Below are positions 56,108-64,000 of a DNA stretch of 64,000 nt, piece by piece. Position 1 is the stretch's first letter, and the number at the start of each line of letters is the position of its first letter. The DNA comes from Caldisphaera sp. (GTDB lineage Archaea > Thermoproteota > Thermoprotei_A > Sulfolobales > Acidilobaceae): assembly GCA_049971805.1 (NCBI GenBank), contig JBMFKU010000005.1:1-64000 (forward strand), in the 5' to 3' direction. Position numbers and translations under genes: made by a program. The notes beneath the pieces were generated by a model. That model ran no database searches and was not told where the DNA came from. It worked only from the letters and a program-made list of their open reading frames with translations.

Positions 56108-56834
56108 TTGTTATTTGACGAGAAGCCTAAAGAAAAGAAATAAGATTTATTTGATAGAGAAAAAGAAATAATGGAAATAGAAAACAATATAAGCAGATCT
56201 CTAATTGTAATTTCTGGAGTTAGAAGAATTAGTAAAACCTGATCTTTCCTGCTCCGAAGGGCTTGTTCTCGAGGTCTTGAGGATTACTCTCCTTTATGTT
56301 GCTCTGATTCCTCCCTATGTGGGAGCAAAGTTACAACTTCTCACCCTTATTTGACTTGAGGGAGAAATCTCACCCTCCTTTTTCTTTAATTTGGTAACGA
56401 GTAGAGGCCTACCTCATATTGTGAAGAATACCCTTGATGGCTAGTACTCATTAATTTATTTTTAAAATAAACCTCTAAAACTTTACCCCCACCTTAAAAG
56501 ACGAGTTTGCCGTTTAATTTATCAATAAAAAAAGAAGGACCTTATGAAAAGTTAAGAGAATTGCAATAGAGTTGGCATTAAATGAGATTAATAATTTAGT
56601 TAACATAAAAAAAGCATTTCTTTTATCACTGCCAGAAGATATAAAAGTGTATTAAGGTGTTTGGTCAATGGAGAAGATAGAATAAAATAATGAGTTGTCT
56701 TCAGAAGAAAGAAGGAACTACAATTTCTAGCAACGTTTTAGATAATATTTTAAATAACTTAAAAAATAAGTATAATTAAGGGTTATGGATTTCTAGATCC
56801 CATATATAAAGAAGCTTCAATCATAACTAAATAA
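56108..56834 (+). pseudogene. archaeal ATPase (AAA, ATP-binding protein) pseudogene interrupted by an IS relic
   Basis: LLFDEKPKEKK*DLFDREKEI...VISGVRRISKT (stop codon, damaged Walker A) at 56108-56240; frameshifted C-terminal fragments RRYKSVLRCL...FLDPIYKEAS at about 56530-56834; the middle is missing. Confidence 0.8.
56240..56525 (-). mobile_element. truncated IS200/IS605 element (left end plus decayed tnpB 5' part)
   Basis: Higher-GC insert starting TTGAT on the minus strand, then GGCAAACTCGTCTTTTAAGGTGGGGTAAAG hairpin-like end, promoter-like tract and ATG of a stop-riddled frame. End shared with 52479-52572. Confidence 0.68.
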
Positions 56835-57070
56835 TATTATGTTGTTATAATACACATTATGTGCTAATCTAAAATTATAATAAATCCTTCTCTACTTTAA
56901 AGGATCTTTAGTTATAAAAGCAGATTTTCGAATGTTTTTACTTCTTTAAAATTTTATTAATTATTTAAAATATAGTATTTAATTATTATAACTCCTTTAA
57001 GCCTTTAATTTTTATTAAAGGCTCTTTCCCTTTAAAATACCTTTTTTCTAGTTAAAGATAGGCTATAGCT

Positions 57071-58234
57071 ATGTGGTTTGAAATAGCAATGCTGTTTATG
57101 GGTTTACTTTCAGCCATGGATATAGGCATATTTACATATATAGGATACAGAACATCTGTAACTCCTTTTGAGTATGGATTGATAGGTGCGCTATGGAGTG
57201 CCACTTTTATAATATCAAATCTTATTTTTGGAAGACTATCAGATAAGGGGAAAAACAAATTACTTATAAGCATATCATTCTTCTCTATTTTAATAACTGG
57301 TCTATTGTTTACATTTCACAGTTTGACAAGCTTAGCTATAGCCTATATGTTCCATGCTTTAAGTGTTGCTTCTTCTAATTTGGCTATATCAACAACTATT
57401 TTTGAAATGAAAAGCAGCAATAAATGGAAATTTTATACAGAGCTGCAAAGATTTTCTCTATATTCAATTAGGGGCTTAGCTTTAGTTTCTCTATACTTTA
57501 TTAGAAATATATTTCAACTAGATTATTTTATCTATTTTACAGTTTTTATAGGGTTGGCAACATTTTTTACGATACCTTCTTTACAATTAAAAGTTGAAAG
57601 ATCATTGCATTCATTATCAAAAGGATTTGATTCTATAACTAGCTATGTAAAGATGCTCTCATATATAGCATATGATAATGCCTTTGCATTGCCTAATGCA
57701 GTTAAAAGAGGTTATTTTAATAAAAAGAACTTGTCATCAAAAAATATTGCTCTATCAATGTTTTTTGTTACACTGGCAGGAGATTATATTTTTACAGCAT
57801 TGCCTCTCTTAGCTAAATCCACCATTAGTTTAGGATTATTATGGTTTTCATATGGTATTTCAGGCATTATTATGGCTATTTCCTTAATTTTAATCTCTTT
57901 AATTTCATCAAATAGTAAAGGATTGGCAATTTTAGCTATACTATTTAGAGGTTTATGGCTTGTCATAGCAATATCATTGATAAAGGACTTCGTTAGCTTA
58001 ATAGTTTTTATAACAATATCTTATATGCTTTTTAGTATAATTGATATAATTTTGTACAATTCGTTTTCAGAGAGTTCTAGTGGATATGGGTCTCATTCAT
58101 ATTATATGCTTAGAGAACTAGGTACATTAATTGGATCAATGATTGTTGGATTAACATTAGAAAGAGGAGAAATTATATTTGATTCTGTACCATTAATTTC
58201 TACTGCTTTATCTATTATATTTATTATTTTATAG
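57071..58234 (+). CDS. MFS transporter
   Basis: FGRLSDKGKNK motif A; about 12 TM segments. Confidence 0.85.
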   Translation: MWFEIAMLFMGLLSAMDIGIFTYIGYRTSVTPFEYGLIGALWSATFIISNLIFGRLSDKGKNKLLISISFFSILITGLLFTFHSLTSLAIAYMFHALSVASSNLAISTTIFEMKSSNKWKFYTELQRFSLYSIRGLALVSLYFIRNIFQLDYFIYFTVFIGLATFFTIPSLQLKVERSLHSLSKGFDSITSYVKMLSYIAYDNAFALPNAVKRGYFNKKNLSSKNIALSMFFVTLAGDYIFTALPLLAKSTISLGLLWFSYGISGIIMAISLILISLISSNSKGLAILAILFRGLWLVIAISLIKDFVSLIVFITISYMLFSIIDIILYNSFSESSSGYGSHSYYMLRELGTLIGSMIVGLTLERGEIIFDSVPLISTALSIIFIIL

Positions 58235-58289
58235 GAATAAAAAGGAAGAAGTAATTTAAGTACAAAAATTAATAAAATAATTTAGAAAG

Positions 58290-59114
58290 ATGGTGTCTAT
58301 GCCTAGAAAAGGAAGAAAAAAAGATAAACACGAAAGCAAAGACAAGAACTTAAGTAATAATGAAAATAAGAAAACTAATAATAAGGGTAAAAAAAGTAAG
58401 AAGCAACCAAAGCTTAGCAATGAAGAATTAGAAAAATTTGTTGAGGATATATCAAATGAACTCATTGGCAAACTAGGACTAGATCTAATTGGTTTAAACC
58501 CAGAGGATATAAAAAATATCGTTGAAGAAGTAATAATTTCTATATCGGAGTCTAGAGTTACGAAACCAAGCGAGGAATCCATAATAAAAAAGGTTTTATT
58601 ATCAAAAGAGCAATTTATGAAAAGCATTGCATCTATTTTATTAGAAGAAGGAAAAATAAATGATAGAGAAAGGCTAGAGTTTTTGATAGCATACGCCCCT
58701 GATATAGCTGGCAAAGCTACTCCTATTTTGTATCAAATAGCTAAAAAATTAAATGCAAACGATATAATAGAAAGTTTAAGACAGCTTTGGAACATGTATG
58801 GTAAACCTACTCCAATAAAATGTCCTAGATGTGGATTTAATTCAGTTATGCCTGACCTAACCTGTATAATATGCGGGGCTATTCTAGACGAAAAAGAAAT
58901 TAAAGAAAGTCTGGATTTTCAAAATTCATTAAAAGATCTAACAAGACATTACAATACAAGGCTTATAGAGGAAATAATCAACTCTGGTTACGTAATATAT
59001 GATGGAGAAATTAAACCCCCAAGCCTGTTAGAAAAAGATAGGATAAGCATAGCAATTCATTTAAATAAAAATGAAAAAGACTATTTAAAAGCATTAATAT
59101 CTAATCTAGCTTAG
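58290..59114 (+). CDS. hypothetical protein with Zn ribbon
   Basis: Basic N-tail; CPRCG...CIICG. Confidence 0.78.
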   Translation: MVSMPRKGRKKDKHESKDKNLSNNENKKTNNKGKKSKKQPKLSNEELEKFVEDISNELIGKLGLDLIGLNPEDIKNIVEEVIISISESRVTKPSEESIIKKVLLSKEQFMKSIASILLEEGKINDRERLEFLIAYAPDIAGKATPILYQIAKKLNANDIIESLRQLWNMYGKPTPIKCPRCGFNSVMPDLTCIICGAILDEKEIKESLDFQNSLKDLTRHYNTRLIEEIINSGYVIYDGEIKPPSLLEKDRISIAIHLNKNEKDYLKALISNLA

Positions 59115-59954
59115 GAATTCTATATCAATGTTTTCAAGGTTTAGCTTTTTACATACTTTACAGACATCTTTACTTGAAAATCCTCCACAGATCTTGCACC
59201 TATTTGCATTAATAGACCTAAACTTTTGAATAATTTTCTCCGATCCAAAATCAAGTTCAGGCCTATTACCACCTATTGAGTAAAAGACACTTTTTGATTT
59301 AATATATGGATAACACAATGGTTTTACAATAATTTTAGCAATTATCTCATATGCAGATAAAGTTTCTCCCTCGATTGATGCAAATGGATAAAATATATTT
59401 AATCCGTTAAACTCTAATGTATCATAGGTCTCTGAAATAAAATCTCTTTGCCCATTTAACAATGAGTCTACCAGAATTAATGATATATCAGTTCTCGTTA
59501 TAGGTAAAGCAATATTTTCATAACCTATTTCTTTACTTGCTTTAATGCTCCATGCTCTTTCAAATCTAATGCATTCCTGCAATGATATATTTTTTAGAGC
59601 ATCATAATTAAAATTATTTATTTTTATTCCGATAATATCACTTCTATCGTTTTTATCAAGCAATCCGATAATATCACTTCTATTATATACATTTGGTACT
59701 AATATAACTATTTTTGATTTAAACCTTTTTTCAATCCTAGAAAGCATGTTGGCTAAAACTATGGAAGAGCTGGGTGCAAAAAAGGTTATTGGTATTACAA
59801 TTTTGCTGTTTATATTTAGGATTTTTATCTTACTTATTTCTTTTTTTACATCTTTTTCTACAGAATTATTTAAGCATTTTGCGCACAAAGCTTCTCCACT
59901 ATATCTTCTATAATATACAGCCTCTCTTTTTTTGCAGACTGAACACAATACCAT
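59106..59954 (-). CDS. TtuA/Ncs6(Ctu1)-like protein lacking the PP-loop
   Basis: N-terminal CSVC...SGEALCAKC and C-terminal CKICG...VCKVC Zn fingers as in TtuA/Ctu1; SGGKDS absent. Confidence 0.7.
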   Translation of the reverse strand: MVLCSVCKKREAVYYRRYSGEALCAKCLNNSVEKDVKKEISKIKILNINSKIVIPITFFAPSSSIVLANMLSRIEKRFKSKIVILVPNVYNRSDIIGLLDKNDRSDIIGIKINNFNYDALKNISLQECIRFERAWSIKASKEIGYENIALPITRTDISLILVDSLLNGQRDFISETYDTLEFNGLNIFYPFASIEGETLSAYEIIAKIIVKPLCYPYIKSKSVFYSIGGNRPELDFGSEKIIQKFRSINANRCKICGGFSSKDVCKVCKKLNLENIDIEFLS

Positions 59955-60246
59955 TTAAAATCTCCATTAATTCTAATAATAATTTAATAATTAAAACTTT
60001 TGCAAAAGGGTAAACAATTAATATAAGGTAATACAGAATATATGAATAATTAGGGTACTGCAACAAAATAAATTGTGTATTCATATAGGTGATGAAAATG
60101 CAAATAATACCATTTAAAATAAGCAAATATAAACCCCTGTTACAAAAAGTTATATTGCTAAATAGGATTCTTATTATTTACCCTGGCAGAACTTACTTAA
60201 ATTACACAGACCTAGATAGGCTAGAAAGCTTATGAAGGTGTGAAAT

Positions 60247-63200
60247 ATGACTAATAATGAGCTTAAACAATTACAACTAATAAAGGAATCTACTTTTAAG
60301 CCAGAGATAGAGAAAGAGGCTAGAAAGCTTCTTTTAAAAGAAATCTATGAAGATGTAACAAAATGGTATTCTAAGAATGCCCCTAATGGGGGAAGGCTTG
60401 CAGATTTACCTCAATGTGTTAAAGATTATTTAGAAGATAAAAGAAATGAGCCGTGTGAAGATGATATTGTCTTTACATATAATGCCATAAAGGTCTTGCA
60501 ATCGAGATATATTATAAAAAGTCCTTTTCTTACACCCATGGAAACACCTTCGATGGTTATGAGAAGAGTTGCAGAAGGTTTTTCGTCCAGAGTAGATAAA
60601 GAAAGGCTCTACAACTTATTAATCCAAGGTAAATTTATGTTCAACTCACCCACGCTATTTAACATGTTTGTTGATGGTGCTAAAGGAGCATTAAGTGCAT
60701 GCTACGTTACCCCAGTATTTGATAGCATGGAAGGCATACTAGATGGAGTAAAGACTCAAGCACTAACATTTAAATATGGTGGAGGTCAAGGTTTTAGCTT
60801 TTCTGAACTAAGACCTAGAGGAGATATTGTTGCAGGCACAAGTGGAGTTGCTAGTGGTCCGTTAAGCTTTATGAGGCTTTATGATGTAGCAACAGACGTA
60901 GTTAAACAAGGTGGCAAGAGAAGAGGAGCCAATATGGGTATATTGCATGTATGGCATCCAGACATATATAACCCAGACTATGATCCTTGGCGGGCTTTAT
61001 CTAATACTCTCCCACCACAGGTAAAGATGTTTATTAAGGCAATAAGAGACGCTTTCGATCAAATTGAAAAAGATGGTTCATACGAAGTAAATCCGATACT
61101 GAGAGAAATGGCAGATAGGCTATCTAAAGATAGCATTTTTGTACCAGAAGATGCAGGCTTTATACAAGCTAAGAAAAGTCCAATGCAAGACTCATTTTTA
61201 ACTAACTTTAATATAAGTGTTGGTATAAATGATGCCTTTATGAAATCTGTTATAGAAGGTAATGATTGGTGGATGGTAAATCCCAGATACAGCAAAGATA
61301 GCGACGGGATTTACAGGATACATTATAGTATTAGTAATGAAACCAGTCTCGGTAGGATTGGAAAATTAATAAAGGAAAACAAATGGTTGCTAGAAAACCC
61401 GTATTTAAATATTTTTGAAGATGTTATGGAAAAAGCCAAATCAATAGCCATAAATGATTTAATAGAAGGTAAAAAAGAAGTAGATTTTAGTAAAAGAAAT
61501 ACCAGGGCATGGAAAATTAATGCGAGACTTCTATGGGAAGAGATTATAAAATCTGCATGGGAAGGAGGGGATCCTGGACTAATATTTTCTGACAACCACA
61601 ATAAATGGAATCCAACACCCTGGCTTGGTACAGTTACTGCGACAAATCCATGTGTTGTTGGTAACACAAGGGTTCTGACACCATCAGGATTTATAAAAAT
61701 TGAGGATCTTTATAATAATTTAAAAATCTTGGTACCTAATAATAATGTGATGTATTCTGAAAATGTTGAAGAAGATGGAGATAAGTTTGGATATCCATTA
61801 AAAATCTTGGTACCTAATAATAATGTGATGTATTCTGAAAATGTTGAAGAAGATGGAGATAAATCCTTAGCACCTAATGGTAACTCTTTACTTCTTGTAA
61901 AAACTAAAGAAAAGGAGCTTAGAATTGATAACCTATCTACTATTGATTCATATGTGTGGAAGATAGGTACAAAAAAGGTCTATAAAATTATATTTAATGA
62001 AGGGCTTGAACTCGAAGCAACTGGAGACCATAGAGTCCTTACTGATAACGGCTTTAAGGAAGTGTTAGAGCTGAAGCCTGGAGATATGGTAAAAGTTGCA
62101 AGAATTGATATTGATCAACTTAGTAACTATGGAATAAAGTACTTTAATGGAGTCAAACTAACAAAGGAGCTTGGATTCATACTCGGTTGGTTAGTTGGCA
62201 ATGGTTATATAAAGGAAGAATCGAAAAAAGTGAGAGTAGATCTTTACTTTAATGCAACAGAAGAATATGTTGCTAAGATGATTATCAACTATATATGGGA
62301 AAGCTTTGGTTACAAGCCCAAATTATATAAGAGTAATGGGAAGTTATCACTTACTATAAATAATGGGAAGGTTGCTGAAATACTTAAAATGCTTATGAAA
62401 GGCGATACAATACCAGAGGTTGTATATAGAGCTAGCCCAGAATTTGTAAAAGGATTCCTAAGCGGGTTGTTCTCTGTTAATAGCTATGTTGATAATTACG
62501 GCACTATAAGACTAAAATCACCAAGAATTGAATTACTAAAAGAAGTTCAGAAATTACTTACCCTTCTTGGAATTCAATCTACTATAGATGATAACTTAAA
62601 CACAAAAATCTTAAAGCACCTCAATAGAAATGGCGAAACAAAAGAATATAATTCACATAAATATTATGAACTTATGATAAGAAACTATAGCAAAAAGGTA
62701 TTCGCTGACAAGGTTACTCTTATCAAACACAAACAGGAGAAATTGATGGGCACACTTAGCATGATTAGTATGGATAAGCCTTTTGTTACAGTTAAGGAGG
62801 TAGTCTATGTTGGCGAAAAGATAGTATATGATACAACAGTACCAAAATTACATTATTATGTTACCAACTCAATTATTAGTCACAATTGTGGAGAACAACA
62901 CCTATACCCATTTGAAAGTTGTAATCTAGGCTCCATAGACGTAAGCAGGTACATAAATAATGGAACATTTGATTTAGAGAGTTTTTCAAAGGATTTGCCA
63001 ACAATAGTTGACTCTATGGATGCTGTGATAGATTTAAATAAGCATCCAGATAGGAGACAAACACTAATAAACTCAATAACCAGAAAAATAGGTCTTGGAA
63101 TAATGGGGTTAGCAAATGCCCTAGCTCTTTTAGGATATCCTTATGATAGTGATGAAGCTGTAGCTTTTACTTTGATAACAACTGCAGCAATAGAAATATA

Positions 63201-64000
63201 TGCATGGAAGAGAAGTTGGGAGCTTGGTGCAAAATTAGGTCATGCACCAGCTTTTGAATGCAAAAGATGGGATTGGAAAGAGATGAAATGTGTTGAAAAA
63301 GCCCTGCCAGAAGAAACCCTACCTTTACATACACCTGCTTTACTAAAGGCAAAAGATGTTATGAAATTTGAGGATAGCTGGTTAAAGGTAAAATACCATG
63401 ATGTTAAGATACCTGAAGATATAATGAAAAGGCTTTTAGGAGAAACTGCTAACAGGATAGAGCAAGATGGATCGATTAAATTAATTAAAGAAGATAGGTT
63501 TTATGAGGTTTTAAAGATATTTGGAATAACAAACAATACATTTGAAGAAATAAGAGATAGGTTTGACATCAACAATAGTAGGCATCTATTAGCATTAGCT
63601 TTAATTGATCCAGAAAAGGCATGGGAAGTACTAAAGACCTATGGAAAGTCTATAGGTGCAAGAGCTCCAAGAAACACTGTAGTAAATACCGTTGCTCCAA
63701 CAGGTACAATAAGCATAATTTCAGGTACAAGCAGCGGTATAGAACCATATTTTGCTTTAGTTTATTTAAGGAGAGTAGCAGTTGGGGAGTTTTGGGAAAC
63801 AATAGCTATATTCAGAGATAAAATACTGGAGCTTTCAAAGAAATATAACCTCTCAGAAGATTTTTTGGAAGGTTTATTTAAGTTGATTTCAAATCATAAA
63901 GGGAGCATTAGATGGGCTCTTAATGATATAGAGAAGTTTATTTCTGAATATAGAATGGAGGATAAGAACGGTAAGATAACGGTTAAGTCTGGGTTCGATT
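60247..64000 (+). CDS. nrdJ: class II (adenosylcobalamin-dependent) ribonucleotide reductase, intein-containing, truncated by window end
   Basis: Open frame from the ATG at 60247: NSPTLFN, LSACYV, GGGQGFSFSELRP, ASGPLSFM, QGGKRRGANM, GDPG, TNP|intein|CGEQ, CNLGS, RKIGLGIMG and APTGTIS. Absent from the ORF track because no stop lies in the window. Confidence 0.95.
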   Translation, partial: MTNNELKQLQLIKESTFKPEIEKEARKLLLKEIYEDVTKWYSKNAPNGGRLADLPQCVKDYLEDKRNEPCEDDIVFTYNAIKVLQSRYIIKSPFLTPMETPSMVMRRVAEGFSSRVDKERLYNLLIQGKFMFNSPTLFNMFVDGAKGALSACYVTPVFDSMEGILDGVKTQALTFKYGGGQGFSFSELRPRGDIVAGTSGVASGPLSFMRLYDVATDVVKQGGKRRGANMGILHVWHPDIYNPDYDPWRALSNTLPPQVKMFIKAIRDAFDQIEKDGSYEVNPILREMADRLSKDSIFVPEDAGFIQAKKSPMQDSFLTNFNISVGINDAFMKSVIEGNDWWMVNPRYSKDSDGIYRIHYSISNETSLGRIGKLIKENKWLLENPYLNIFEDVMEKAKSIAINDLIEGKKEVDFSKRNTRAWKINARLLWEEIIKSAWEGGDPGLIFSDNHNKWNPTPWLGTVTATNPCVVGNTRVLTPSGFIKIEDLYNNLKILVPNNNVMYSENVEEDGDKFGYPLKILVPNNNVMYSENVEEDGDKSLAPNGNSLLLVKTKEKELRIDNLSTIDSYVWKIGTKKVYKIIFNEGLELEATGDHRVLTDNGFKEVLELKPGDMVKVARIDIDQLSNYGIKYFNGVKLTKELGFILGWLVGNGYIKEESKKVRVDLYFNATEEYVAKMIINYIWESFGYKPKLYKSNGKLSLTINNGKVAEILKMLMKGDTIPEVVYRASPEFVKGFLSGLFSVNSYVDNYGTIRLKSPRIELLKEVQKLLTLLGIQSTIDDNLNTKILKHLNRNGETKEYNSHKYYELMIRNYSKKVFADKVTLIKHKQEKLMGTLSMISMDKPFVTVKEVVYVGEKIVYDTTVPKLHYYVTNSIISHNCGEQHLYPFESCNLGSIDVSRYINNGTFDLESFSKDLPTIVDSMDAVIDLNKHPDRRQTLINSITRKIGLGIMGLANALALLGYPYDSDEAVAFTLITTAAIEIYAWKRSWELGAKLGHAPAFECKRWDWKEMKCVEKALPEETLPLHTPALLKAKDVMKFEDSWLKVKYHDVKIPEDIMKRLLGETANRIEQDGSIKLIKEDRFYEVLKIFGITNNTFEEIRDRFDINNSRHLLALALIDPEKAWEVLKTYGKSIGARAPRNTVVNTVAPTGTISIISGTSSGIEPYFALVYLRRVAVGEFWETIAIFRDKILELSKKYNLSEDFLEGLFKLISNHKGSIRWALNDIEKFISEYRMEDKNGKITVKSGFD
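61651..62886 (+). mobile_element. intein (412 aa) with LAGLIDADG-type endonuclease domain in nrdJ
   Basis: Block A CVVGNTRVLT, block B ATGDHRVLT, block F VYDTTV, terminal SHN followed by extein Cys (CGEQ). Internal LGWLVGNG and FLSGLFSVNS motifs. Confidence 0.95.

Noticed and set aside
61059-63821. Short ORFs listed by the track in the last 4 kb
   Set aside because: All lie within the long nrdJ reading frame, either antisense or out of frame.
1-64000. CRISPR array, cas genes, provirus or intact transposase
   Set aside because: No regularly spaced repeats, no cas or viral hallmark ORFs, and all tnpB-related sequences are fragments.

Overview
AT-rich, gene-dense segment of a crenarchaeal chromosome. 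The gene set (Rpo13-like subunit, crenarchaeal NusA-like protein, A-type ATP synthase, C/D sRNAs) and low GC suggest a thermoacidophile of Acidilobales/Caldisphaera type; this is inference. It is mostly core genome: glyA, rps19e, two cdc48 paralogues, ADP-forming acyl-CoA synthetase, moeA, asnS, proS, pyrG, pyrH, fen1, dcd, tRNA- and diphthamide-modification enzymes, a dispersed A/V-ATPase gene set and rpoK. It also has two tRNA-Val genes, RNase P RNA, two C/D-box sRNAs, several decayed IS200/IS605 (tnpB) relics and two pseudogenes. A class II ribonucleotide reductase missing from the ORF track starts at 60247, runs off the right edge and carries an intein at its catalytic Cys. The most notable observations are: nucleotide-identical Walker A tracts shared between the D1 and D2 domains of each cdc48 gene; an intein whose homing endonuclease has Asn at both catalytic Asp positions plus an internal duplication; an internally deleted tnpB element that may retain only a promoter and the guide-RNA region; a GC-rich structured leader on tRNA-Val(TAC); an A at the normally U P4 bulge of RNase P RNA; and a PP-loop-less TtuA/Ctu1-like protein. 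No CRISPR array, provirus or intact transposase was seen, and I cannot claim a clear-cut new multi-gene system.
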